Positions 19,121 to 29,545 of a stretch of 64,000 nt of DNA are shown here, one piece after another. The translations under genes and the position numbers were made by a program. Numbering within the stretch: the stretch's first letter is position 1; each line of letters begins with the position of its first letter. Below the pieces are notes generated by a model, which was given only the letters and a program-made list of their open reading frames with translations, was not told where the DNA came from and did not search any database. Origin of the DNA: Alphaproteobacteria bacterium (lineage in GTDB: Bacteria; Pseudomonadota; Alphaproteobacteria; MPNO01); the NCBI GenBank assembly GCA_965248835.1, contig CBDFLJ010000002.1:1088001-1152000 (forward strand). Direction: 5' to 3'.

Positions 19121-20299
19121 CTACTTCCAGGCCGGCTTGGCGATCACGCTGGCGGTCGCCTGATCGGGCGGCCAGACTATGTGCTGTTTCTGGTCCTGGA
19201 TCTGAGAGATCATCGTCGGCAACAACACGTTCTGGACGCCTTCGAATCTGGCCGGGCCGTTGATGGTCTGGAAGGTCATGGTCGAGATGGCTTTGCGCAG
19301 CTTGTCCTTGTCGGTGCCGGCAATCGCCACGGCCTGCTCGAGGATCTCGACCGAGATGTAGGCAAGCGGCGCATCAAGGAAGTCGGGATCGGTCTTCCAG
19401 CGCGCCTTGAAGGCATCGGCGAAAGTCTTCGCGGTCGGCCAGTCGGTCCTGAGCGGCGTCCAATGGCCCATGGTCAGGATCCCGTTGCGCGCCGGCCCGA
19501 AGATCTTGGCGAAGAAGTCGTATTGCGGGCCAAGCAGCACGACCTGAGTGCCGGCATTGAGCCCGACCTCGCGCGCGCCCTTGACGTAGAGCACCGCATC
19601 CGCCGGGTATGTATAGGCGAGAACGGCATCGGGCTTGGCGTTTCTGATCTTGTTGAGCAGCGGCGTCAGGTCCTTGACGTTGGGCGGGTAGTCCTCGTTC
19701 ACCAAAAGCTTGATGCCGACGCTCTTGAGCGCGGGAATGACGAACTTCTTGTTCTCCTGGGTGTAGGGAAGCTGGTTGGTGATCAGCGCGGCCGAGCCGA
19801 TCCCTCGGGCCTTCAGGAGCTTGGCAAGCGCGATCGACTGCTTGTCCGGAAACAGCGAGGTCGGGAACCAGATGTTGCCCGCCTTCAGGTCACGGAGCTG
19901 GACGGAGGCCGCGGTGTTGCCGACCACCGGGAACCGATAGCGCTCGATGACGCCGGCGATCGCGAAATGGAGCGAGGTCCCCCAGGGTGAGAGCAGGAGG
20001 TCGACCTTGTCGTCGGTGATCAGCTTCTCGTAGATCTGGACCGTCTTGCCCGAGCTCGACTGGTCGTCATAGGTGACGAATTCGATCATCCGCTTGATAC
20101 CGGCGACGTTCAGCCCGCCGCGCGCATTGACCTGTTCGCGCCACAGCTCATAGACCTGAATCTGCGAGGTCGCGGCCTGGGCGAAGATCCCGGTCTTGGA
20201 GTGGGAAAAGCCGATCCTGATCGGGTCCGCGGCCATGGTTGCGGTCGCCGCCAGCGCCACCGCCGCGCCGGCCGCGGCTGAAAGAAAGCGTTTGAGCAT
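19121..20299 (-). CDS. ABC transporter substrate-binding protein (LivK-like, PBP type 1)
   Basis: Signal peptide, IRIGFSHSKTG, VNARGGL, YDDQS, YEKLITDDKVD; GGGAGG RBS. Confidence 0.9.
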   Translation of the reverse strand: MLKRFLSAAAGAAVALAATATMAADPIRIGFSHSKTGIFAQAATSQIQVYELWREQVNARGGLNVAGIKRMIEFVTYDDQSSSGKTVQIYEKLITDDKVDLLLSPWGTSLHFAIAGVIERYRFPVVGNTAASVQLRDLKAGNIWFPTSLFPDKQSIALAKLLKARGIGSAALITNQLPYTQENKKFVIPALKSVGIKLLVNEDYPPNVKDLTPLLNKIRNAKPDAVLAYTYPADAVLYVKGAREVGLNAGTQVVLLGPQYDFFAKIFGPARNGILTMGHWTPLRTDWPTAKTFADAFKARWKTDPDFLDAPLAYISVEILEQAVAIAGTDKDKLRKAISTMTFQTINGPARFEGVQNVLLPTMISQIQDQKQHIVWPPDQATASVIAKPAWK

Positions 20300-20506
20300 C
20301 CTTGCCTCCCGACTCACTTGTCACCCGCCATGCGCGCTGCGCGGGCCGTATGGTCAAAATCATGACGGAGTTGCAAACCCGCGTAAACCTGTCCGGGCAT
20401 TGCCTTGAAATGTTTGCAGTTAAAGTCGGTTTGTTTGACCGGCCCGGTTCCGGAGCAGAGCGCAAGCGCGCGGAACCGGCCGCTGCGGCGGCTCAATTCT
20501 CCCCGG

Positions 20507-21574
20507 TCACCCCAGCCTCGGGCCCGGGTCGCGGATGAGCTGCATGGTGTTGCAGCGGATGCCGCCGCCGTATTTGTGGACCTCGTCGTAGGGGATCGGG
20601 ATGACCTCGACGCCCCTTTCCTCCAACAGCGCGCGGGTCCTGGTCGCGCTTGCGTTCATGATCACCCGGCGCGGCGCCACGGTGATGCCGTTGGTGGGGT
20701 AGAGGTCGATCTCCTCGCGCGGGGCCTCGATCAGCTCGTATCCCATCGCGTGCAGATCGCGGATGGTCTGGTAGTCGCACCACGGCGGGTAAATGAGGGC
20801 GAGGCGCACGTCGAGCGGCATGATCCACATGTCGGCGTGCATCCAGCCCGGCACCTCGTGATGGTAGTCGTAGAGCGGGCCGGGGCTGTGGGCGATCAGG
20901 ACGTGCGCATAGCCCGCGCGCTCGAGCACCGGGACCACCTGGTCCGCACCCTCACGGTTGCAGTCGGTGGACAGCATCAGCACGATGAAGTCATCGGCCA
21001 TCCGGACCGAAGCGCCGATCTCGCACACCCCGGTGCCGTGCACGGTATAGAGGATCGGGCAGCCGAGATCGCTGAGCGCCTTCGCGACATAGCGCGAACG
21101 GCCGCGCCAATAGGGTGTGGCCTCGCGCGGAATGATCGCTCCGCCGTTGATCACGAACCCGGCCGCGGCCGAGATCGACCGCTTCATCGGCCCGTAGGCC
21201 GCCATCGGCGGGTCGTCGGCCCAGCGGATCTCGTGCACCGTAATGCCGAGCGCCTCATAGGCCTTCATCAGCCCGGCATGCTGCTCCTGCATGAGCGCAA
21301 GATCCGGCGTTATACCGTTGAAAACGAAGAACGAAGAGTCCTGCTCGTAGAGCGCCAGCACCTCGGCTTCGGTGGGCTTGACCATGGCCACCTCGCGCAG
21401 CCGCCCGATGCCTTGGGCGCCCCAGGGCTTGCCCCATATGCGCTCCAGCTCGTCGAGGTAGGAGATTTCGGCATGGTAGCGCTGGTATTGCGGGACCTTG
21501 CCTTCCTCGTAATACGGGAAATCCGCGAAGGCTTCGGCGACCGAAGGATTCTGCTTGCCGTCCCCGTCGTTCAT
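20507..21574 (-). CDS. Amidinotransferase / arginine deiminase / DDAH (pentein) family protein
   Basis: IGRLREV, MHADM (catalytic His/Asp), C-terminal YGGGIRCNT (catalytic Cys). Confidence 0.85.
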   Translation of the reverse strand: MNDGDGKQNPSVAEAFADFPYYEEGKVPQYQRYHAEISYLDELERIWGKPWGAQGIGRLREVAMVKPTEAEVLALYEQDSSFFVFNGITPDLALMQEQHAGLMKAYEALGITVHEIRWADDPPMAAYGPMKRSISAAAGFVINGGAIIPREATPYWRGRSRYVAKALSDLGCPILYTVHGTGVCEIGASVRMADDFIVLMLSTDCNREGADQVVPVLERAGYAHVLIAHSPGPLYDYHHEVPGWMHADMWIMPLDVRLALIYPPWCDYQTIRDLHAMGYELIEAPREEIDLYPTNGITVAPRRVIMNASATRTRALLEERGVEVIPIPYDEVHKYGGGIRCNTMQLIRDPGPRLG

Positions 21575-22635
21575 CGCGGAACGCGCGGCACCGCCATCTT
21601 GGGGTCGGCGAACCGGCCTTTGTCCAGGATCAGGTCGTTGTCGAGCATGATCGAGCAGTCGCGCATCGGCACGTCGTAGTGGCCCTTGGTGGTCCGCTTT
21701 CCGCCGCCTTGGGAGTTCGGTCCCGTCGAGAACAGGAAATTGCCGGCAAACGTCCGCAGCGCCGCGTTGCTGCGGTCGGGATCATCGCCGTACAGCGCGA
21801 CGTTGTCCCAGCGTGACTGCGGGTTGAGGCCCCAGCCGAGATGGGAAATCGCGTGCCCGTCCATGTCGTCCGGCGCGGCGCGGTTGTCCTCGAGCCAGGA
21901 GTCCAACAGCTTGGCATCGAGCCCGCCCTCGATCTTGCGGATGAACCCGTCGCGCACCTCGAGCCGGATTTCGTCGGTGACGTAGCGGTTATAGGGCAGT
22001 ACCACGAAGTCGCCGGGGCTGATCACCACGGTGCCGTTGGCCGAGCCTTCGTTGGGGAAGGTGTGGACGTGGCCGCCGCCCCAATGGTCGAACCGGCCGG
22101 GCTCCTCGGCGAAGCCGTACTGGATCATCACAGGGTACTCGCCGAGCTCGACCGTGAGGTCCATGCCCGCCTCGTTGAACATCCTCATGGTCCTGGCCTC
22201 TTCGAGCCGCTTGCCCGAATGGACCACCGCGTCCTTGAGCCCCGGCGGCGCCATCGCCTGTTCGAGGTCGTCGGGGTGATCGATCACCATCAGGACGCGG
22301 GTGCCGGAATCGCGCACCTCCTTGAGCCATTTGGTGAACAGCGGGACATGCAGGCAGACCAGCATGTCGGCGGCGCACAGCGCCTCCAGCGTACCCTTGC
22401 AGGCGCCGACGGTGGCGACACCGACCTTGGTCCAACTCGGCACCGCGTTGACGCACATCTCGTAAGCATCGGCGCCCAATTCCTGGGCGGCCGCGAACGA
22501 GGCGGCCACGAAATCGCGGCGGGTCGCCAGATCGCTCAACAACGCGATCGTCTCGCCCGGCTGGACGTTGCACAGCTTGAACTCTTCGCGGAACAGGCCG
22601 GCCAGCTTCGCCGGGTTCATCGATTGCGCGCGCAT
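21571..22635 (-). CDS. 2,5-dihydroxypyridine 5,6-dioxygenase-like ring-cleavage enzyme (NicX-like)
   Basis: YGFAEEPGRFDHW, FPNEGSANGTVV, ISHLGWGLNP, FAGNFLFSTGPN, HYDVPMRDC, which match NicX as I recall it. Confidence 0.8.
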   Translation of the reverse strand: MRAQSMNPAKLAGLFREEFKLCNVQPGETIALLSDLATRRDFVAASFAAAQELGADAYEMCVNAVPSWTKVGVATVGACKGTLEALCAADMLVCLHVPLFTKWLKEVRDSGTRVLMVIDHPDDLEQAMAPPGLKDAVVHSGKRLEEARTMRMFNEAGMDLTVELGEYPVMIQYGFAEEPGRFDHWGGGHVHTFPNEGSANGTVVISPGDFVVLPYNRYVTDEIRLEVRDGFIRKIEGGLDAKLLDSWLEDNRAAPDDMDGHAISHLGWGLNPQSRWDNVALYGDDPDRSNAALRTFAGNFLFSTGPNSQGGGKRTTKGHYDVPMRDCSIMLDNDLILDKGRFADPKMAVPRVPR

Positions 22636-22850
22636 GACCCTGGTCTCCCGAATGTCCGGTTCGCGCCGAGCCTCACATGACCGCCCGGACCCGTCAACAG
22701 GTCCGGCGGCCGGCGGGCGCGGCGGCGTCTGTCCGCCAGGCTGGGCCGAACGGTCGATTTCGATGGACATGGAACCTTGCGGATTGCACGATCTGCAGCC
22801 AACCGGATGGGTCGCAACGGGAACCACGGGCAAACGACGGGAGCTTGACG

Positions 22851-23915
22851 ATGAAACACCAGATACCGGTCTTCGATGGCGACGGTCACGTACTGGAGAC
22901 CGATGCCGGGTTGACTCCGTATTACGAGGGCAGGTGGCAGGGCAACCGGCGGCTCGACGGATTGACGATCTTCCCCAGCCTCGACGGCTGGTCTCGCAGC
23001 ACCATCGTCCATGAGGGCGACGAGGGCCGGAAATACTGGTCGACCGACGCCGAGATCTGGTCCGAGATCCTCGACAAGGTCGGGCTCGAGGGCAGCGTGC
23101 TCTACCCGACCGCCGGGCTCGCCTTCGGGCTGATGCAGTCCGAGGAATTCCAGACCGCGACCTGCATCGCCTACAACAACTGGATGGAGGCGGAATACAC
23201 CAAGCGGGACGGCAGGCTCTACGGTGTCGGCATGACCCCCTACAACGACGTTCCCACGGCGGTGAAGGAAGTCGCCCGCTGCAAGAACGAGCGCAAGAAC
23301 ATCGTCGCGATGCTGCTGCCTTCGGTCACGGTCAACGGCAAGCATTTCGGCGACGAGTCCTACTGGCCGATCTACGAGGAGGCCGAGCGCCAGAACATGC
23401 CGCTGGTCTTCCACGGCGCGCCGAGCCGCGGCTTCGGGCTCGACAACCTCAAGCCGTTCCTCAAGGTCCATACCCTCGAACACCCGGTGCCGCTGATGAT
23501 CCAGCTCACCGACATGATGTTCTCCGGCGTCTTCGAAACCTTCCCCAAGCTCAAGTTCGCCTTCCTCGAGGGCGGCTGCGCATGGGTGACGTTCATGATG
23601 GACCGGCTGGACTACGAGTATAATTCGGTCTTCGGCGCGCCGGTCCGGCCGAAGCTGAAGAAAAAGCCCTCGGAGATCTTCCGCGACACCGAGAGCATCT
23701 GGGTGTCCTGCGAGATGGGCGAGAACAGCCTGAAATACGTGGTCGACGCGGTCGGTCCGGACCGGATCATCTATGCCTCGGACTTCCCGCACGAGCCGAC
23801 CGAGGACGACCTGACGGCGGACGTGCCGGATTTCCTGGCCAACAACGAGTATTCGATGGAGGTCAAGGAGAAGGTCCTCTACCACAACACCAAGGCGCTC
23901 TATAACATCCAGTAG
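22851..23915 (+). CDS. Amidohydrolase-2 family protein
   Basis: DGDGHVLE, VLYPT, YNNW, PLVFH, FPKLKFAFLEGG, YASDFPH. Confidence 0.88.
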   Translation: MKHQIPVFDGDGHVLETDAGLTPYYEGRWQGNRRLDGLTIFPSLDGWSRSTIVHEGDEGRKYWSTDAEIWSEILDKVGLEGSVLYPTAGLAFGLMQSEEFQTATCIAYNNWMEAEYTKRDGRLYGVGMTPYNDVPTAVKEVARCKNERKNIVAMLLPSVTVNGKHFGDESYWPIYEEAERQNMPLVFHGAPSRGFGLDNLKPFLKVHTLEHPVPLMIQLTDMMFSGVFETFPKLKFAFLEGGCAWVTFMMDRLDYEYNSVFGAPVRPKLKKKPSEIFRDTESIWVSCEMGENSLKYVVDAVGPDRIIYASDFPHEPTEDDLTADVPDFLANNEYSMEVKEKVLYHNTKALYNIQ

Positions 23916-23985
23916 GGCGCAGTCGGTTTCCGCATCGGGCGCGGCCTCGCGCGGCCGCGCCCGTCCCAGTTCGGAGGGAGCGCCG

Positions 23986-24954
23986 ATGCAGACGATCCCG
24001 GTTATCGACATCGCCCCCTTTCTCGACGGCGATGGGGCCGGCAAGCACGCGGTCGCGGCCGAGATCGCCGCGGCGTGCGAACATTCCGGCTTTTTCTGTA
24101 TAACCGGACACGGGATCGATCCCGATCTGATCGCCCGCACCCGCCAGGCCGCGGTGGGTTTCTTCGCTCTGTCCGAAGACGAGAAGCGGCGGATCCTGCG
24201 GCCCGAGGATCGGGTCGGGCGCGGCTATTATCCCTTCGCCGACCGCTCGCTCGCCTACACGCTGGGGGTCGAGACCCCACCCGACCTTCAGGAAGCCTAC
24301 GCGATGGGGCCGCCGGACGTTCCCGACGAGCCCTATTATCAGGGGCCGGTCGCGGAATACTTCTTCGCCCGAAACCGCTACCCGGACCGCCCGGAGGCCT
24401 TCCGCGAGGCCGTGGAAACCTATTTTCGGAGCCTGTGCGCGCTGGCCGGCCGGCTGATGGGCGCGATGGCGCTCTCGCTCGGGCGGGGTGAGGACTTCTT
24501 TGCCGACAAGATCGACCGGCCGGCCTGCGTGCTGCGGCTGATCCGCTACCCCGGCCAGAGCGAGGCGCCGGCCGAGCGCCAGTTGCGCGCAGGCGCCCAC
24601 TCCGACTACGGCACGCTGACGGTGCTGCGCGGCGACGACGTGCCAGGGACGCTCCAGGTCAAGCTGCCGCGCCGCGGCTGGACCGACATCCGCCCGCCGC
24701 CCGACGGGTTCGTGTGCAATCTCGGCGACGCGATGGCGCGCTGGACCGGCGGGCGCTGGGCCTCGACGCTCCACCGGGTCGCCAACCCGCCGCGCGAGGC
24801 CGCCGGGCAGGATCGGATCTCGCTGGTCTTCTTCCATCAGCCGAACTACGACGCGATGCTGAACGGTCTGTGCGGCGATACGGGCGAAGCGGTCAGCCTC
24901 GCCGATCATTATATCGACAAGATCCACAAGGCGGCCGGCCGGCGGGCGTCCTGA
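23986..24954 (+). CDS. Isopenicillin N synthase-family 2OG/Fe(II) oxygenase
   Basis: IPVIDI, GFFCITGHG, AHSDYGTLT (HxD), STLHRV, RISLVFF. Confidence 0.9.
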   Translation: MQTIPVIDIAPFLDGDGAGKHAVAAEIAAACEHSGFFCITGHGIDPDLIARTRQAAVGFFALSEDEKRRILRPEDRVGRGYYPFADRSLAYTLGVETPPDLQEAYAMGPPDVPDEPYYQGPVAEYFFARNRYPDRPEAFREAVETYFRSLCALAGRLMGAMALSLGRGEDFFADKIDRPACVLRLIRYPGQSEAPAERQLRAGAHSDYGTLTVLRGDDVPGTLQVKLPRRGWTDIRPPPDGFVCNLGDAMARWTGGRWASTLHRVANPPREAAGQDRISLVFFHQPNYDAMLNGLCGDTGEAVSLADHYIDKIHKAAGRRAS

Positions 24955-25249
24955 GCGCCCTGGGCGGCGACCAAGCTGCCTTTCTCACGTCGCCGCTGAT
25001 CTGGCTCGACGATGCAATAGGACCGGTCGAGGACCCGAAGGTTGCCGAACAACAGCTTCGAAAGTTCAGATATCACTGAAATTTATCTCTGCAAATAATT
25101 GATAAAAATAGAGAATACGAAATTTCTTTGAGTGTGCACATCTCTCGATACGAGGCGTAACCGGGCGGCGCTGGACGGCATGGGCGGTTCTGCCTAGGCT
25201 GGCCGACAGGGCCGTTCCATTTCGGCGGCCGCGCGCGGAAAAGCAGCCG

Positions 25250-26194
25250 ATGGATGGCTCGGAGCCGGATCGTCCGGCGGCGCAGAGCTCAGCGCTCCTG
25301 CGCTTCCTGACCTCCCCCTATGTCGCGGTGATCACGGCCATGCTGTTTTGGGCCTGCAGCACGGTCATCGTTCGCGGCGTGCGCGAATCCACCCCGCCGA
25401 TCGGCCTGTCGTTCTGGCGGACCTTGCTGGGCGCCGCGATCGTGCTGCCTTTCGTGTGGCGGCCGATGTTGCTGCAGATCGGCCTCATCAGGCGGCATAT
25501 CGGCATCATCCTGGTGCTGACATTCCTCCTGATCGTCGGCGGCAACGCGGTGCTGTTCGTCTCCCTCCAATACACGATCGCGATCAACGCCGGCGTGCTC
25601 AATTCCTTCGAGCCGGTGCTGATCCTGATCGTTGCATGGGCGGTGTTCCGCGACCGGGTCTCGATCTTCCAGGCGCTCGGGGTCGCGATCTCCCTGCTGG
25701 GCGTGATGGCGCTGCTCGGCAAGGGCGATACGGCGGTGCTTCTGGGCCTCGATTTCAATTTCGGCGATATCCTGGTGCTCGGCGCCTATACGAGCTGGGC
25801 GTTCTACGCGGTCTATCTGCGCAAGGCGCCGCGCGGGATCGAGCCCATGGTGATGCTGTTCCTGATCCTGTTCCTCGGCTCGGCGATGCTGCTGCCGCTC
25901 TATATTCTCGAGACGGTCTTCGACCGGCCGACGGTCGCCAACGGCGCCACGATCCTCAGCGTCGTGGTGCTCGCCGTGTTCTCCTCGGTGATCTCGATCT
26001 TCCTGTGGAACTACGGGCTCGGCCGGCTGGGCGCCGGGCGCGCTTCGATCTTCATCCACCTGATTGTGGTCTTCACGGTCATACTGGCGATCCTGTTTCT
26101 CGGCGAACGGTTCGAATGGTTCCATGCCGTGGGCGTGGTTCTGATCATGACCGGGATCTATCTGTCGACCATCCGCGGCAAGGCCGGCGTCTAG
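25250..26194 (+). CDS. DMT/EamA-family transporter
   Basis: About 10 TM helices in two EamA repeats, LFLGE motif. Confidence 0.88.
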   Translation: MDGSEPDRPAAQSSALLRFLTSPYVAVITAMLFWACSTVIVRGVRESTPPIGLSFWRTLLGAAIVLPFVWRPMLLQIGLIRRHIGIILVLTFLLIVGGNAVLFVSLQYTIAINAGVLNSFEPVLILIVAWAVFRDRVSIFQALGVAISLLGVMALLGKGDTAVLLGLDFNFGDILVLGAYTSWAFYAVYLRKAPRGIEPMVMLFLILFLGSAMLLPLYILETVFDRPTVANGATILSVVVLAVFSSVISIFLWNYGLGRLGAGRASIFIHLIVVFTVILAILFLGERFEWFHAVGVVLIMTGIYLSTIRGKAGV

Positions 26195-26286
26195 GCCCGC
26201 CGCCAGGTCTGGAACCCGCCGCGATTATCGATAAGCTGGACTGAAGCCCGAAAAATCCCGGACCGGTCCGGGACCAGGAGGCCGCC

Positions 26287-27480
26287 ATGCCGCATATCCC
26301 CGCTTCGGATGCGTTGAAGCGCATCCGCGTCCTCGACCTTACGCGGGTGCGCTCGGGCCCGACCTGTGTGCGCCAGCTTGCCGACTGGGGCGCCGATGTG
26401 ATCCGGATCGAGACCCCGGCTGCCTTCGGCGACGACGGTGCGCTCGGCGCGCCGCGCGCCTCGGCCGACTTCCAGAACCTCAACCGCAACAAGCGCTCGT
26501 TGACGCTCGATCTCAAGCACCCCGACGGCCATGCGCTGTTCATGCGGCTGATCGGGATTGCCGACGTGGTGGTCGAGAATTTCCGCCCTGACGTCAAGGA
26601 CCGGCTGAAGATCGATTATGACGCCCTGGCGGCGGTCAACCCGGGGATCGTCTTGGCCAGCATCTCGGGGTTCGGCCAGGACGGCCCCTATGCGGCACGT
26701 GCCGGATTCGACCAGATCGCCCAGGGCATGGGCGGGCTGATGTCGATTACCGGCGAGCCGGGACGCGGACCCATGCGGGTCGGCATCCCGGTCGCGGACC
26801 TCACGGCCGGGCTGTTCTGCGCGCTCGGCATCCTGACCGCCCTGCTGGAGCGCGAGGCCTCCGGCAAGGGGCAGTGGGTCCAGACCTCGCTGCTCCAGGC
26901 CCAGGCGTTCATGCTCGACTTCCAGGCCGCGCGCTACCTGATCCAAGGCGAAGTGCCGGGCCAGGCGGGCAACGACCACCCGACATCGATCCCGACCGGG
27001 GTGTTTCGCACCGCCGACGGTCACATCAACATCGGCGTCTCGGGCCAGCGGATCTGGGCGCGGTTCTGCGCGGCGGTCGAGCATCCGGAGTGGGCGGACG
27101 ACCCGCGCTTCGAGACCGCGCCCAAGCGTTCGGAGAACCGCCATGCGCTCAACGCTCTGATCGACGAGGTCACCGAGGCCCGGCCGTCCGAGGGCTGGCT
27201 CGCGCTGTTCGCCGAGGCGGGCGTGCCGGCCGGCCCCATCAACGACATCGCACAGGTCTTCGCCGACCCCCAGGTCGCGCATCTCGGCATCGCCCAGCCG
27301 ATCGAGACCCATCCGTTCGGGCCGACCCGGATGCTGGGCCAGCCGATCACGTTGAGCCGGACGCCGAGCACGCTCGCGGCACCGGCGCCGGAATTGGGCG
27401 AGCATTCCGAGGAGATCCTGTCCGCGGCCGGGCTGGGCGCGGACGAGATCGCGCGGCTGCGCGGCGCGGGCGTAATCTGA
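26287..27480 (+). CDS. CaiB/BaiF (family III) CoA-transferase
   Basis: RVLDLTRVRSGP, LADWGADVI, NRNKRS, VENFRP, FDQIAQ, PELGEHS. Confidence 0.92.
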   Translation: MPHIPASDALKRIRVLDLTRVRSGPTCVRQLADWGADVIRIETPAAFGDDGALGAPRASADFQNLNRNKRSLTLDLKHPDGHALFMRLIGIADVVVENFRPDVKDRLKIDYDALAAVNPGIVLASISGFGQDGPYAARAGFDQIAQGMGGLMSITGEPGRGPMRVGIPVADLTAGLFCALGILTALLEREASGKGQWVQTSLLQAQAFMLDFQAARYLIQGEVPGQAGNDHPTSIPTGVFRTADGHINIGVSGQRIWARFCAAVEHPEWADDPRFETAPKRSENRHALNALIDEVTEARPSEGWLALFAEAGVPAGPINDIAQVFADPQVAHLGIAQPIETHPFGPTRMLGQPITLSRTPSTLAAPAPELGEHSEEILSAAGLGADEIARLRGAGVI

Positions 27481-27511
27481 AGGGCAACAGGGCAGTCACG
27501 GGAGAGGCGGG

Positions 27512-28300
27512 ATGGCAACCGACAAGATGCTGTCGCAAAAAGACGGCTTCATCGGCCGGATGATCTTCAACAACCCCGAGCGCCGGAACGCGGTCTCGCT
27601 GGAGATGTGGGAGGCAGCCGAAGCGATCCTCGCCGGCTTCGCCGAGGATCCGGAGGTCCGGGTGGTGGTGGTCTCCGGTGCGGGCGGAAAGGCCTTCGTC
27701 TCCGGGGCGGACATCTCGCGCTTCGAGTCCGAACGCTCCAGCCAGGACGCCATCCATCACTACAATGAGAAGGTTGGGGCGGCGAACGCGCGGCTGGAGT
27801 CCCTGCCCAAGCCGACGATCGCCGAGATCGACGGGTTCTGCATCGGCGGCGGGCTGGCGCTGTCGCTGTGCTGCGACCTGCGGTTCTGTTCGGCGAAGTC
27901 GCAGTTCGGCTTGCCGGCGGCGCGTCTGGGCCTCGGCTACGGCCTCACCGGGCTGAAACGGCTGGTCGATGCGGTAGGGCCCGGTGCCGCGCGCGACATC
28001 ACCTTCTCCGCCCGCCGGCTGGATGCGGAGGAGGCGCTCCGGATCGGCCTGGTGCAAAAAGTCGTGCCCGACGGCGAGGTCCACGATTTCGTCGCCGCGT
28101 ACGCCACCGCGATCGCGGCCAACGCGCCGCTGACCGTCAAGGGCATGAAGGTGATCATCGGCGAGGTGCTCAAGCCGGACACCGCGCGCGACCTGGCTGC
28201 ATGCCAGGCCCTGATCGAGGACTGCTACCGCAGCGAGGACTATGTCGAGGGCCGCACCGCGTTCATGGAAAAGCGCCCGCCCGTCTTCAAGGGTCGTTGA
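27512..28300 (+). CDS. Enoyl-CoA hydratase/crotonase-family protein
   Basis: NNPERRNA, AFVSGADI, GFCIGGG, FGLPAARLGLGY, EGRTAFMEKRPP. Confidence 0.9.
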   Translation: MATDKMLSQKDGFIGRMIFNNPERRNAVSLEMWEAAEAILAGFAEDPEVRVVVVSGAGGKAFVSGADISRFESERSSQDAIHHYNEKVGAANARLESLPKPTIAEIDGFCIGGGLALSLCCDLRFCSAKSQFGLPAARLGLGYGLTGLKRLVDAVGPGAARDITFSARRLDAEEALRIGLVQKVVPDGEVHDFVAAYATAIAANAPLTVKGMKVIIGEVLKPDTARDLAACQALIEDCYRSEDYVEGRTAFMEKRPPVFKGR

Positions 28301-28412
28301 ACCAACACGGACGCGGGTCGCCCGGCTCGGCTCCGATGGACTCGTTCCCGCCGGCGCCATATGATTTTGGGCGGTATATGAACGGTTCAATCCTATAAGA
28401 ACGGAGGCTCAC

Positions 28413-29432
28413 ATGAGGTTGACATCTCGGCAGGCCGCTGTGGCCCTTGCCGCGGCCGGCGCGGTCGCATTCGCCGCGAGCGCCGGCATCGCCAAGACCT
28501 ACACTATGAAAATCGGCTTCGCGACCGTCAAAGGCCCGCAGCAGGGATCGTCGGAGTACTACAAGAGGGAGATCGAGAAGCGGACGAACGGGCGGATCGA
28601 AGCGAAGCTCTTCCCCGCCGCCCAGCTCGGCAAGATCTCGCGCCAGATCGAGGGCATCCAGCTCGGCACGCAGGAGGCCATTCACACGCCGCCCGGCTTC
28701 CTCGTGGGCATCAACCAGGCCTTCCAGGTGGTCGACGCGCCCGGCCTGTTCGACGACATCGACCACATGCACCGGAGCGTCAACCATCCCAGCGTCCGGA
28801 CCAAGCTGCTGCGTCTGGCCGAGCACAAGGGCATCGTCGGCTGCTACCTGTTCGGGTCGGGCGAAGGCGCGTTCGCTTCCAAGCAGCCGCTGAACACCCT
28901 CGCCAGTCTGAAGGGCAAGAAGATCCGCGTGCTGGCCAGCAAGCTCGAAGTCGCGCTGATGAAGGAGCTCGGCGTGACCGGCATCCCGATCGCCTATTCG
29001 GAGGTGCTGCCCGCCCTTCAGCGCAACGTGATCGATGGCGCACGCAGCGCGATCGTGGTCATGGGGCCGTCCAAGTTCTACACCGTCGCCAAGCACATCA
29101 CGCTGACCCACGGCGGCTTCATTCCGACCGGCATCTGGTTCAGCAAGCTTTGGCTCAACAAGCTGCCGGAAGATCTGCGCAAGGCGTTGTTCGACCTCGG
29201 CCCCGAAGCGGCCGATGAGGGTTTGAGGATTTCCAAGGGGATCAACCGCCTCTGGGAAAAGAAGTGGGTCAAGGAAGGTGGAACGGTGCACTATTTGTCG
29301 ACCGAGGAGCGCAAGGAGTTCCTGCGCCGCGCACGACCGATCGGCGACAGGATTCTCGGCACCGACCCGAAGACCCGCGACATGTGGGAGATCTTCAAGG
29401 CCGCCGCGGAGGCGACCCGAACCAAGAGCTGA
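28413..29432 (+). CDS. dctP: TRAP transporter substrate-binding protein (no adjacent dctQM)
   Basis: Signal peptide, RTNGRIE..FPAAQLG, LKGKKIRV, YSEVLPALQRNVIDG. Confidence 0.88.
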   Translation: MRLTSRQAAVALAAAGAVAFAASAGIAKTYTMKIGFATVKGPQQGSSEYYKREIEKRTNGRIEAKLFPAAQLGKISRQIEGIQLGTQEAIHTPPGFLVGINQAFQVVDAPGLFDDIDHMHRSVNHPSVRTKLLRLAEHKGIVGCYLFGSGEGAFASKQPLNTLASLKGKKIRVLASKLEVALMKELGVTGIPIAYSEVLPALQRNVIDGARSAIVVMGPSKFYTVAKHITLTHGGFIPTGIWFSKLWLNKLPEDLRKALFDLGPEAADEGLRISKGINRLWEKKWVKEGGTVHYLSTEERKEFLRRARPIGDRILGTDPKTRDMWEIFKAAAEATRTKS

Positions 29433-29545
29433 GCCCGAGCGTTCATCATCCAAGCGGCACGCCCGCCCAGCCACCCGACACCGATAATCCCGGGGTGGCC
29501 GGGCGGGCTAAGGTCCGGACCCGGCCGATCCGGTTGGAAGATCGG

